NCBI GenBank assembly: GCA_965219385.1
Contig: CBDCNM010000002.1
Location: forward strand, 3,296,305 to 3,360,304
Origin: Candidatus Latescibacterota bacterium
GTDB taxonomy: Bacteria; Latescibacterota; UBA2968; UBA8231
Direction of reading: 5' to 3'
DNA: 64,000 bases
Shown here one piece after another: positions 31,567-41,858 of the stretch (positions are counted from its first letter, which is position 1; each line of letters starts with the position of its first letter). Below the pieces are notes generated by a model. The model saw only the letters and a program-made list of their open reading frames with translations. It ran no database searches and had not been told where the DNA came from. Position numbers and translations under genes: made by a program.

Positions 31567-32030
31567 AGCTTGAGTCCCTTCGTCAATTGCTCGCCGCACT
31601 TGATCAGCATAGTTCCTTTTTTTTGTCCACGTAGTTGTATTTTCCTAGAGCGAAGCACTTTGAGATCGTTCCGATGGATCTTTTTCCCATGCGCAAGGGC
31701 TGGAACCAATTGGAACGAAACTCCTTTTGGGAGCCAGATGTCAGCCATTCGGACACCTCCCTCAAGTTGCTCCAATACCGCGTTGCCGCTCAATCTGCCG
31801 CTCTTTAGTTCAATCGGTGCTACCCAAGTCTCATTGCTTTCTTCGCCGACGAATAGATAGTCGCACCGTTTCCAATTATTCGGAATTGACAGTGCGTCGC
31901 AGTCCATATCGACGAGAATGCGCATCGGTGGTGCTCCTGCCAAATCAATTCGGCATCCGTTTTTATCGCAGTGAGTCTCATGGCAGTCATTGGGTACTTT
32001 GTTGGCAACTACTGCAACTATTCCGTTCAT
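31563..32030 (-). CDS. Small protein, possible PD-(D/E)xK nuclease, partner of the ATPase
   Basis: RCDYL...PIELKSG; ATGA-coupled to the ATPase. Confidence 0.5.
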   Translation of the reverse strand: MNGIVAVVANKVPNDCHETHCDKNGCRIDLAGAPPMRILVDMDCDALSIPNNWKRCDYLFVGEESNETWVAPIELKSGRLSGNAVLEQLEGGVRMADIWLPKGVSFQLVPALAHGKKIHRNDLKVLRSRKIQLRGQKKGTMLIKCGEQLTKGLKL

Positions 32031-33538
32031 TCGGCTCTACTGTCCTCGATGCGATTAAAAATACTCACGCTTTCGTTGTACAGCGCCGCACTGACTGCAT
32101 CGTAATCGGTCGGATAGAGGCCGGTTTCCGAATCCAGCTTCACTTCCTCCACTACCGAGCCCTTCGGGCGGGACTTTGGCTTGAACAACCATGCCCCCAC
32201 TTGGTCGGAATGCAGCGCGAAATCGCCTCGGGGGATATCCTTACGGCGAGCCTTGGGAAGTTTGGAGCGCTGCACGATGTTGGCGAGTTCCTCTAGCACC
32301 CATTCGCTGTGCGTCGTGATTATCACTCTGACGCCCGCATGAATGAGTGCCGCGATTTGGCGGGTGAATTCGACCTGCATGGCTGGATGCAGATGCGATT
32401 CCGGCTCTTCGATGATCAAGGTTTCGCCGGGTTGGACGACATGGCGCAGATACAGCACCACCGGTGCGAGCTCCGACACCATGGACGAGGCATTCATCAG
32501 GGGCAGGGAATCTTTCCATCCCTTTGGCAGGTAGGTGAAGTGCGGGTAGCCGATCGTCTCCGATCTGTCGACGCGCACCGACCCGTCGAGAATGGCTTCT
32601 TCGATCTGCGCGCCGAGATCGCGTCGAGATCTGCGTCGCCGATACGGCGGACGGTCGAGTTCAATCAACTGTTGGAGGAAATCCGCCAGAACACCCGAAA
32701 GCATAGGCGTACCGGCAGCCGGACGGAGCCCTGTCATCGGCGCGCTTCCGATCATGGCGCTGACGACCACGCTGTGCGCGTGCATCACGCCCGTGCGGGC
32801 GGCGGGAAGGTAGAACGCGGGAACATGCAAAGGACCGGCGAATAGAGGCAGGATGGGATCGATCAGGTGTTCCATCAGTTCCCCAGTAAAAAAAATCCAA
32901 TCTTCGTCTCTTTGGCCAGCCCTTGAGATCATATCCGCCGCCATGCGGTGCAAAAAATGGTTGATTCTCTTATTAGTCCCCCCAGTATCGATCCGAATCG
33001 GAGTCTCTTCGGGAATTGTTGTCTTGAATTTGGACCCCTGTGTCCCGACCATCAACTCGTGCTCGAAGGGTGCCAAATTGTTCGAGACATGCCTTCGGAA
33101 AACAACGCGAGCGCCATTCCTGTTTCCCTTACGGATCAGCGCGCTAGTTTTGCCAATGCCGAAACACCGGCCGATTTCATTGCCGAGTTGGTCGCCCTGC
33201 GCATCGAATACGGAACGAATCTCATCCACGATCAAATCGGGCAGAACAATGCGCCTTTCGCCCCTCTTGTTCATAAACGTCTGCTCCGCCCATTCGGCAA
33301 GAACATCAATGGTTTTCCGGTGCAGTTTACGAGGCGCGTAGTCCCGGAACATCCGGTAATCCCGAAAGCCACTGAAAAACCGATGCAGCGCATAAATCAG
33401 CATCGCCAGATAGGATTTCCCCGTGTTGCTCGGACCGACGAATACCGTCAGCGGACGCAGATCAATCTTGGCTTCGACGATCGGCCCGAAATTGGCTACT
33501 TCGAGTTCAAGTGAGTCTTGCTTGGTTAGATCGTCCAT
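32027..33538 (-). CDS. ABC-type ATPase (AAA_15/AAA_21)
   Basis: NFGPI, GPSNTGKS, ASSMVSELAP, IIEEPESHLHP, TTHS. Confidence 0.85.
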   Translation of the reverse strand: MDDLTKQDSLELEVANFGPIVEAKIDLRPLTVFVGPSNTGKSYLAMLIYALHRFFSGFRDYRMFRDYAPRKLHRKTIDVLAEWAEQTFMNKRGERRIVLPDLIVDEIRSVFDAQGDQLGNEIGRCFGIGKTSALIRKGNRNGARVVFRRHVSNNLAPFEHELMVGTQGSKFKTTIPEETPIRIDTGGTNKRINHFLHRMAADMISRAGQRDEDWIFFTGELMEHLIDPILPLFAGPLHVPAFYLPAARTGVMHAHSVVVSAMIGSAPMTGLRPAAGTPMLSGVLADFLQQLIELDRPPYRRRRSRRDLGAQIEEAILDGSVRVDRSETIGYPHFTYLPKGWKDSLPLMNASSMVSELAPVVLYLRHVVQPGETLIIEEPESHLHPAMQVEFTRQIAALIHAGVRVIITTHSEWVLEELANIVQRSKLPKARRKDIPRGDFALHSDQVGAWLFKPKSRPKGSVVEEVKLDSETGLYPTDYDAVSAALYNESVSIFNRIEDSRAE

Positions 33539-33669
33539 ATCTTCATTCTCCGTTTCGGCAATAGTCCGGCTCGCCTTTCCTTATTCCGGCATCTCTCCCG
33601 CACCGACGCGGCGTTGATGGCGTCGAGGGGCAGGGCGACTTCGATGAGTTTTTTGGGGTGGATATTCAA
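33526..33669 (-). repeat. Truncated 5' copy B of the DUF1156 gene (47 aa ORF, not in the ORF track)
   Basis: [27 protein letters not shown]...; homology ~33594-33655; the ORF ends overlapping the ATPase start. Confidence 0.85.
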
Positions 33670-33678
33670 AAGATTGCC

Positions 33679-34344
33679 TCACACAGGAATGGCCACGTGA
33701 ACAATAGCTTGTTCTTCCGGGAGTATCGATTGATCAAAATTGTTGCTAGGACGAGGAAGTCGCTCAGCGTATTTCTCGAACGCCGTGTGATAAAAATTGC
33801 GGAGGATAAAATCGATAAACCAAAACGGTGTCATAGGGGCAGTCACCGGAATCCTGCAATTTTCGTATTGGCCGAGTGTGAGGTGCGATTGGGGATGCAC
33901 CAACTCTCGGTCATCATCTAGAGCACCGTAGTCGAAACGCAGTGGGAACGGAACGATGTTCCTGGCGACCACGTCAGCATAAAGTTCGTCTTCCAAGTAG
34001 ATTGCTGGGTCGTTCTGGAAATTTTCGAGGTGGGGCGCAGAAAAAAACGCAAGTCGGTGGCGTTGGAGCGTTCCGTCAGCAAATATATACATCATCTGAA
34101 TCAAGGCTCCGTCGAGCATTTTCACATTGTACGCACGCTCTTCCACGAGATGCTGGTATATCTCATCATAGCTGCGATTTCTCAATGCGAACTGCACATG
34201 CTCAGATCCTTCAAAAGTGACCTGACGCAGATTGCCATCCACGGTCTTTTGGAACGCGAAGCGTTGATTATCCGCGAGACCAATCTCTACCAAGTGTCCG
34301 ATGAGTTCGTTGATTTGCCTTTCAGTCTGGCTAGGGCTTGGCAT
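33679..34344 (-). CDS. DUF2290 family protein
   Basis: LDGALIQMMY, HRLAF, PLRFDY, HPQSHLTLGQYENCRIPV..P..P..FIDFILRNFY. Confidence 0.75.
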   Translation of the reverse strand: MPSPSQTERQINELIGHLVEIGLADNQRFAFQKTVDGNLRQVTFEGSEHVQFALRNRSYDEIYQHLVEERAYNVKMLDGALIQMMYIFADGTLQRHRLAFFSAPHLENFQNDPAIYLEDELYADVVARNIVPFPLRFDYGALDDDRELVHPQSHLTLGQYENCRIPVTAPMTPFWFIDFILRNFYHTAFEKYAERLPRPSNNFDQSILPEEQAIVHVAIPV

Positions 34345-34350
34345 GAATCG

Positions 34351-36516
34351 TCACGCGTCTTCCGACAACAGCTCTCGAAGTTTGATTCTCGCCTGTTTAT
34401 TCAGGTCTTCCTTGTGAATCCTGCCAGACGCGAGATCATTGACCAGATCAATCAAGGCCCGATCTTTGCTCTTTAGCTTTTTGCGCTCTTTCTCGGTCAT
34501 ATCGCGATGGATGACTCGCAGATTCTGACGCTCCTCATCGGTTGGATATCTGAATTGTAACTCAAAATTTTGAGAACGCAGTCTTTCATACTCTTCTTTC
34601 AGCTTTACCATCTTATCGCCGACACCAAGAACGCGAACCCATGCCTTGCTTCTCGTGATCGCCGTGAAGAGACGATTGCGAATACTGGCCAAATTCCAGC
34701 CGGCCGATTGGCAGTCTTGAGCGTTGATAATGTAAACCATTCCGGCCTCATTACCCTTGGCGCGAAAAATTCCAGTAAAAGTCACAGAATGCAAAATCGG
34801 TTGAAAAAAAGTGTCTGGATCGGTATCCACCCCGGCAAGGTGGCAATCGATGCCCATCTCCAGCAGTTGACTCCGTATGGGGCCGACTTTTTCGCGAGTC
34901 GTAAGGGGATCCGGATTAATTACGATAATATCATCATGTCGGAGTTGGTCTTTCTCCAAATTCTCTTTGATCTCATGCACAAGCCAATTACTTTGAGCCT
35001 GTTCGTCTTTGAACGGAATGAACCGGATTAGATCGTCGATTTGCGAGTGATCTTCGAGAAACTTGGGACTGGTCTCATCTGTTCTTTGCAGTGTCACAGG
35101 CGAACCGCTATTAAGCTCACCATCTTTTATTCGGTAGCCGATGTCCTCCCACAACTGCGGGGAATCGAACATCTGCACAAGACCCTTCGCCTCTTTTTTC
35201 TCCCCATATCGGTAGATCCCGAACCCAAGCGCATGAGCTGCCACCAGTAACGGGCGCGAGTTGCGATAGCAGACATTGAGAATGACGTCGCGCCGCCGGT
35301 CGTCATCCGTTTCATTGTCTAACCTTACTTTGGGGAAACCATCAGTACCACTCCCAAATATGTCCTCTGGCGACGGAAGAGATTCTCCAGCCAAGTTCTG
35401 TAGCTCATCGTATGCGTAAACCAGCCGCTTGGGGTTATCCAGCAATTGATAGCAAAGCCGTAAGAACTCGGGTGGAAAATCCTGAGCCTCATCTACTAAG
35501 ATCGCATTGTAAATGGCCTCGGTTTTTCTCGCTTGTGTGAGTGCGTGGTTACATGCTCCATAGAACTCTCTTCCGCGATCAAAGACTTTTCTCGCTGCCC
35601 CAAAATCGAAGTACTCGACGTCGTGGGTGCGACAAAATTCGTAATAGATTCCATCGCGGTCATCACGACCAGAAGCACCCCACGCATTGAGGATTCGCAG
35701 GTTGTTCCAGTCGGGCTCTTCGCCTGTCTGTTGGAGAAAGAAATTGTTTATGAGATAGCGAAACTGTCCTTTGAGCGAACGGGTGTTGAATGTTACCGCA
35801 ATGCGCCAGTCGGGATGTTGGGTGTGTAAATAGGCGGCCTTCAACGCGAGTATTATCGTCTTGCCCGACCCTGCAAGCCCTCGAATACGCTGTACACCAT
35901 CTACGGTCTCGATGACCGCTCTGCTTTGTTGACGGTCAAGCGTAGCAATTGAATCCTCCAGACGTTTTAGCTTTGCTCCCCGAGAGTCGTCTCGGGTTCC
36001 TGGCCGCATCGTCCTGCTTTTGCGAATCGTGGAAATGCTCTGTATCGCTGACAGAGCGGTTCTGTACATGTCTTTCTCATTATCCTCCCACTCTTCAATC
36101 TGGGCGATCTTCTCCTCCAGCGAGTCGGAATTTGCAAGCAGGTACTCATCGTCGCTATAAGGGACTGGTTGGTACACTCCCGGTGCAAAAGAAATCATCT
36201 GAATGGGTACGATGAGTCTTCTGCGCCGCGTCAATTCGCGATATGTTCTAAGCCGAGCGTCGAGCTTATTGAACAAATCGTCCTGTCGCTCTTGGTAATT
36301 GCCCGGATCGGAGCCTTCGATCAGGTCGAAGATGACAAGCCCCTTGTCGGGAGATACCCAGAGCGCATCAATCGGATGCCTTCCTTCAGGCGTGCTGATG
36401 ATTGGATAGCCGATGAGCAGTTCTCCAGACAGATCGGCACATCCCGAAAAGGATTCAACCAACTTTTGGCTCGACACGGGTTTGTCGTTGGTACCTCGAA
36501 CGATAGAAACGCTCAT
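34351..36516 (-). CDS. SF1 (UvrD-like) helicase of a helicase+DUF2290 defence system
   Basis: RGLAGSGKT, LVDEAQD, YRN, RAKGNE, LFTAITRSK; adjacent to DUF2290. Confidence 0.8.
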   Translation of the reverse strand: MSVSIVRGTNDKPVSSQKLVESFSGCADLSGELLIGYPIISTPEGRHPIDALWVSPDKGLVIFDLIEGSDPGNYQERQDDLFNKLDARLRTYRELTRRRRLIVPIQMISFAPGVYQPVPYSDDEYLLANSDSLEEKIAQIEEWEDNEKDMYRTALSAIQSISTIRKSRTMRPGTRDDSRGAKLKRLEDSIATLDRQQSRAVIETVDGVQRIRGLAGSGKTIILALKAAYLHTQHPDWRIAVTFNTRSLKGQFRYLINNFFLQQTGEEPDWNNLRILNAWGASGRDDRDGIYYEFCRTHDVEYFDFGAARKVFDRGREFYGACNHALTQARKTEAIYNAILVDEAQDFPPEFLRLCYQLLDNPKRLVYAYDELQNLAGESLPSPEDIFGSGTDGFPKVRLDNETDDDRRRDVILNVCYRNSRPLLVAAHALGFGIYRYGEKKEAKGLVQMFDSPQLWEDIGYRIKDGELNSGSPVTLQRTDETSPKFLEDHSQIDDLIRFIPFKDEQAQSNWLVHEIKENLEKDQLRHDDIIVINPDPLTTREKVGPIRSQLLEMGIDCHLAGVDTDPDTFFQPILHSVTFTGIFRAKGNEAGMVYIINAQDCQSAGWNLASIRNRLFTAITRSKAWVRVLGVGDKMVKLKEEYERLRSQNFELQFRYPTDEERQNLRVIHRDMTEKERKKLKSKDRALIDLVNDLASGRIHKEDLNKQARIKLRELLSEDA

Positions 36517-36615
36517 ATACGATCCTCCGTGTGCTGCAAATATGAAGGTTCAAATGCTTCGGAGACTTGGGAAATCTGCGGAAAGCGGTATCGAAAAATG
36601 CGCTAGCACTGTCGG

Positions 36616-36921
36616 TCACTCGTTCCCGTCACGCCTAATATTGAAGGTACGGGATTTAAGGATTCGTGCAAGGCACCCGAACAGCCGCTCGCGCTCCTTT
36701 TCCTGGTCGGCCTCCGTAGGAAACAGATCGGGACTGGCCGACGGATCGTCGACCATCTGCGCAAAAATCACTGCCCGTGCCGCGGCCAACGGCCGCCGCG
36801 CCCACCACAAATGCAGCGTACTCGGATGCCCGTGCCGGATTGACTTCTCCCGCGCCGAGGCGGCGTTGATGGCGTCGAGCGGCAGGGCGACTTCGATGAG
36901 CTTTTTGCGGGGAGGCGTCAT
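36616..36921 (-). repeat. Truncated 5' copy A of the DUF1156 gene
   Basis: [15 protein letters not shown]...[10 protein letters not shown], then unrelated; homology ~36679-36909. Confidence 0.9.
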
Positions 36922-37002
36922 GTGCCGAGCGCCTTGGTCAATTGCTCGCCGCATTTGCTCAGCTCAGTTCCTTTCCTTTGTCCGCGCAGTTGTATTAGTT
37001 TC
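36918..37002 (-). pseudogene. 3' remnant of a homologue of the 31563-32030 gene
   Basis: [23 protein letters not shown] vs [23 protein letters not shown]. Confidence 0.8.
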
Positions 37003-37005
37003 GCC

Positions 37006-37800
37006 TCAAACCCTCCCGGGAAAAGACCGTCCCCGCACCTGCTTAAAGGGGGGCATCCTGGGCGCGTCGGTGACCGCCTCGTCGCGCCAGGAAGTCGCGC
37101 GCATGTAGTGCACGGCATAGCCCCTGCGCCGCGTGCCGGTCCGATTGGCGTTGCTCTGGTGCAGCGTCAGGCTGTGGTGGAAGCTGATGCTGCCGGGCCG
37201 GATGGGAGCGGGCCGGATGGGCCACCCGCCGCTTTCCAGATCGGCGACAAAAGGGGCCAAGCGCTCGCCCCGCAACATGCCCCAGCGGTGGGTGCCCGGG
37301 GCAAAGTTGAGGCAGCCGTTGTCGAGGGTGGCCGCGTCAATGGCGGTCCAGGCAGAGACCAAGTCCATGGGGAAAATATCGCGCCAAGAAGCCGAATCCT
37401 GGTGCCAGCCCTGCGCCGTGCCGGTGCGCGGAGCTTTCATAAAGAGCTGGTCGCCGTACAACTTGATGTCGTCGGTGCCGAGCAAATCGGCGGCGATGTC
37501 GGCGATTTTGGGATGGGTGACGTGGGCCCACATCACGTCGTCGTACACCGCTAGGTTGTACAGTTTGCGCACCGCCAGCACCTGGTTGGTGACGGCTTTT
37601 TCGCCGTGGCGGAAGACGGCTTCGAGCTGGATGCTGGTGGCGGGGATGTGGTCCAACTCGCCGGTGGCGATGCGGTCGGTATGGGCTGCTAAAGCGGCGA
37701 CCTCGTCGGGGGTCAGCACATCTTCGACGGTCAGACAGCCGTCGAGGCGAAAGCGCTCCACTTGGGCGGGAGTGAGGCGGCGCGGGGTTTGCTCGGTCAC
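37006..37800 (-). CDS. Phytanoyl-CoA dioxygenase (PhyH) family protein
   Basis: WHQD, WTAID, NGCL.F.PGTH, HHSLTLHQS..N...RR. Confidence 0.9.
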   Translation of the reverse strand: MTEQTPRRLTPAQVERFRLDGCLTVEDVLTPDEVAALAAHTDRIATGELDHIPATSIQLEAVFRHGEKAVTNQVLAVRKLYNLAVYDDVMWAHVTHPKIADIAADLLGTDDIKLYGDQLFMKAPRTGTAQGWHQDSASWRDIFPMDLVSAWTAIDAATLDNGCLNFAPGTHRWGMLRGERLAPFVADLESGGWPIRPAPIRPGSISFHHSLTLHQSNANRTGTRRRGYAVHYMRATSWRDEAVTDAPRMPPFKQVRGRSFPGRV

Positions 37801-37929
37801 GGTCCGGGCTCCTCCTTCAGTCGATAGTTATTTTTTTGCCCTGCCGGGCTCTGTCGTACGGAGCGTCGAGTAATGGTCCGATCAATAATATAGATAAATA
37901 TAGGAATCCGGGCGCGGGGGATCAACGCG

Positions 37930-38130
37930 ACGAAGCGCCGAGCCCACCGCCCCGGTACACTACCTTCGAGCGGCGGGGACGACGATGAGGGGCCTTGACG
38001 GGGGGCCTTGACGGGGCGGGAGGAAGACGATATTTTGGACCTAACAAGGCTTCTTGGAGGAAGGGGCACTGGGTTTCTTGGAAAAAAGTCCATGTCCAAT
38101 CTAACAAGGAGCCTGTCTTCATTCAAGGGC
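37930..38130 (-). mobile_element. Degenerate IS5-family (IS903-like) left-part remnant
   Basis: Nucleotide similarity to 41705-41820; reads ...SKVVYR on the minus strand. Confidence 0.4.
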
Positions 38131-38167
38131 GCTACGGAACAAGCCGCTCCGATTCATGCACCAAATA

Positions 38168-38440
38168 AGAAGCCATTGCCAATATTAAAGAACTTAAATT
38201 CGACAGGTTTCGACCTGTGTGTTCTCGTAATCCTTTGTCCAACAGCATATTAGAGCTGGAAATCGTTGGAAATGGAAAACCATTGATTTCACTCCTGTTT
38301 TTCTCGGTTTCCCTCTGGGAAACAAGCCGGATTAGCCCGTTTTGAGACAAACCTGTCGTTTTCAAGTAAAGAAGCGATTGAAGGATGCATCGTTCCTCTT
38401 GAGGAAGATGGACTGCCAGTTCCAGAGGAACGCTTTGAGG
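38168..38440 (+). pseudogene. hicB: hicB C-terminal fragment interrupted by a MITE
   Basis: EAIANIKE|AIEGCIVPLEEDGLPVPEE; nearly identical to ~46080-46150. Confidence 0.7.
38193..38366. mobile_element. 174 bp MITE with terminal inverted repeats and target-site duplication
   Basis: Ends CTTAAATTCGACAGGTTT and AAACCTGTCGTTTTCAAG; TAAAGAA on both sides; removal restores the hicB sequence. Confidence 0.85.
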
Positions 38441-38715
38441 CAAAGGAGAGATATAAGTGGCCAGACTACCAACAGAACCCATAGATTAGGGAGAGCCCAT
38501 GACCAAATGCACAATCGTCGTCACTGGTGCCCGCCGGAGCGAAGAGGTAGAGGACGAGCAGTTCGCCGACCTGCTCGACCGAGACCACCGCACCGCTTCT
38601 CGCCGGGCAACCTTGCCTATGTGCCCCACAACCGGCCCGAGGACATGCTCGCTCTGATGCCCGACGAGCCGCCCTATCACGCGCGGCTCGACCGTCCCGT
38701 GTTGGAAGCATCGTC

Positions 38716-41587
38716 GTGACGCCGGGGACGTTCATCGCCAAGTGGCGTGCCGCCGAACTCAAAGAACGCTCGGCCTCGCAGGAGCACTTCATCGACCTGT
38801 GTCGGCTGCTCGGCGAGCCTACCCCGGCCGAGGCCGACCCCCACGGGCGAGACTTACTGCTTTGAGAAGGGTGCTCGTAAGGACACCGGCGGCGATGGCT
38901 GGGCCGACGTGTGGAAGCGTCATCACTTCGCCTGGGAGTACAAGGGCCAGCGTGCCGACTTAGACGCGGCCTTTGCCCAACTCAGGCAATACGCGCTGGC
39001 TTTGGAAAACCCGCCGCTTTTGATCGTCTCCGACATGCGACGGTTCCGCATCCGCACCAATTGGACCAATAGCGTCAGCGAGACCCACGAGTTCGGGATC
39101 GACGATTTGGCCGATGCCGCCGTGCGCGACAAGCTCAAGTGGGCGCTCTCCGCTCGGTGAGCGGCTGCGGCCCGGCGAGACCCGGCAGGCGCTCACCGAG
39201 CGCGCGGCGGCGACCTTCGCGGCGCTGGCGCAAGCCTTGCGGGAGCGCGGCCATGACCCGCAGGCGGTAGCACATTTTATCAACCGTCTGGAGTTCTGCA
39301 TGTTCGCCGAAGATGTGGGCCTGCTGCCGGGCGACATGTTCACGCGGATGCTGCAACAGGCGCGGCAGCGGCCAGAGGAGTTCGCCAATATGGCCCGCGA
39401 TCTGTTCGGTGCGATGGCGGAGGGTGGCCGGGTCGGCTTTGAACCGGTGGCGTGGTTCAACGGCGGCCTGTTCGACGACGACTCCGCCCTGCGGCTGGAG
39501 CCAGCCGAGATCGAAACGGTGCTCCAGGCGGCAGCCCTGGAGTGGTCGGAGATTGATCCTTCGATCCTGGGCACGCTGTTCGAGCGCGGCCTCGACCCGG
39601 ACAAGCGGGCGCAATTAGGGGCGCACTACACCGACCGCGACAAAATTATGGCCATCGTCGAGCCGATGGTGATTCGCCCGTGGCTGGCCGAGTGGGAGAA
39701 GGAGAAAAAGGAGATCGCCGCCGCGCTAAAACGAGCCGAGACCGCCCGATCCGCCGCCGCCCAGACCCGCCAACGCAGTCAGGCCGAGCAGCAGAAGGAC
39801 GCTTTCCTACAGCGCCTCAGCTCTTTCACTGTCCTCGACCCGGCTTGCGGCTCCGGCAACTTCCTCTATGTCGCCTTGCACGCGCTCAAGGACCTGGAGC
39901 ATCGGGTGCAACTGGAGGCCGAAACCTTCGACTTCCAGCGCTCGTTTCCCGAGGTCGGCCCGGCCAACGTCAAGGGCATCGAGATCAATCCCTATGCCGC
40001 CGAATTGGCCCACGTGTCGGTGTGGATCGGCGAGATCCAGTGGATGCGGCGCAACGGCTTTACCGGAGCGCGCGATCCGATCCTCAAGCCGCTCGACACC
40101 ATCGAATGCCGCGACGCGATCCTGACGCCGGAGGGCGACGAACCGGAATGGCCAGAGGCCGATGTGGTGATCGGCAACCCGCCGTTTCTGGGCGGCAAAC
40201 TTTTGCGCGGCGGTCTGGGCGGTGAGTATGTGGAGTCTCTGCACCGCCTCTATGGCTCACGGATTCATGGCGAGGCCGATCTTGTGTGCCATTGGTTCGA
40301 CAAGGCGGCGCGCTTGGTTGCTGAAGGAGCGATTGCCCGCGCCGGACTCGTCGCGACGAACTCGATCCGGGGCGGGCGCAACCATCCGGTGTTGGATCGG
40401 ATCGTCGAGCATGGCGTCATCTTCGATGCTTGGTCGGATGAGCCATGGGTGATCGACGGGGCGGCTGTGCGGGTCTCCTCTCCCTAGTGTGCTTCGCCGC
40501 GGGCGGCTTGGGGCTTCCGGTACGCCTGAACGGCAAGAATACGTCTCAAATCAACGCCGACCTTACGGCTGGCAAGCTGAATCTTGCGAAAGCGCCCCGC
40601 CTGCCATGCAACGCGGGCATCGCTTTCATGGGCGATACTAAGAACGGTCCCTTCGACGTTCCTGGCGACCTGGCGCTCGCATGGCTGCGCCTGCCTGCGA
40701 ATCCGAACGGACGGCCTAATTCCGACGTGCTCAAACCCTGGGCCAACGGCATGGACCTGACGCGGCGTCCCGCTGGCAAATGGATTATCGACTTCGGCTC
40801 CGAAATGAGCGAAGCCGAAGCGGCGTTGTATGAAGCACCCTTCAGCTATGTTGAAGAACATGTAAAACCCGTCCGCCAGAAGAACCAGGAGAAAACGAGC
40901 CGGGATTTCTGGTTCAGGCATTGGAACTCACGCCCCGCCATGTGGAAGGCGCTCGACGGCCTGTCGCGCTACATCGCTACGCCCACTGTCGCCAAGCACC
41001 GCCTATTCGCTTGGCTTGATGCACGGATATGTCCCGACCATCAACTGATCATCATCGCCCGCGACGACGACACCACCTTCGGCATCCTGCACAGCCGGTT
41101 TCACGAGGCGTGGTCGCTGCGGCTCGGCACGTGGCTCGGCAAGGGCAACGATCCGCGCTACACGCCGACCACCACCTTCGAGACCTTCCCCTTCCCCAAA
41201 GGGCTATCGCCCGACATTCCGACTTCGGATTACGCGAATGATCCGCGTGCCGTTGCCATCGCCGAAGCAGTGCGGCGATTAGTCGAACTACGCGACCGCT
41301 GGCTCAACCCACCCGAATGGGTAGAGTGGGTGGACGAGCCGGTTCCCGGCTGTCCCAAGCGCCCGATGCCCCGCAACGAAGCGACGGCGAAGGAACTCAA
41401 GAAGCGCACACTGACCAATTTGTACAATGCCCGTCCTCAATGGCTCGCCGATGCTCATGCAACGCTCGACGCGGCTGTGGCGGAGGCGTATGGTTGGGAC
41501 GCGGGCATTTCGGAGGACGAGGCGTTGGGGGAATTGCTGGCGTTGAATTTGGCGGGTGAAGCCGGCAACGGATTCTCTCCCGCGTAG
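38716..41587 (+). pseudogene. Type IIG/IIL (MmeI/YeeA-like) restriction-modification enzyme with three frameshifts
   Basis: MTPGTFIAKW, AD...FAWEYK, LGAHYT, LDPACGSGNFL, IGNPPF, C-terminal TRD; frame breaks near 38840, 39150 and 40480. Confidence 0.85.
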
Positions 41588-41639
41588 GGCTGGTCGCCCA
41601 CTTGCTTAGCTGCCAACGCTGGTCGCACAACCCCTTGAG

Positions 41640-41830
41640 CAGTGTTTTAGGCCGGGAGATGGCCCTGCTTTTGAGCCCGGCCTCGTAGGCCGATCCGTTC
41701 CGCACCCGGTACACGCTGTTCGAGGGAGCGACGGCGGCAGCGGGGCTTGACGGGGGGCGGGTGATACGATACGTTGGGAATGACAGGCCCCTTGGACGAG
41801 CGGGCATCGGTTTTCTTGGGTGGAAGTTCC
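41640..41830 (-). mobile_element. IS5-family (IS903-like) transposase N-terminal remnant
   Basis: VYRVRNGSAYEAGLKSR; same motif as at ~59380. Confidence 0.55.
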
Positions 41831-41858
41831 GTTTGAATGGATGGGCAAAATATTATTA

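Noticed and set aside
23814..36921. DUF1156 5' repeats plus an RT as a diversity-generating retroelement (TR/VR)
   Set aside because: Differences between copies are mostly synonymous and include C/T, C/G and G/T changes, not adenine-specific ones; the repeats are gene starts; no Avd-like gene was recognised.
23814..37002. Classical integron
   Set aside because: No tyrosine integrase or attC-like palindromes seen; the repeats are coding sequence.
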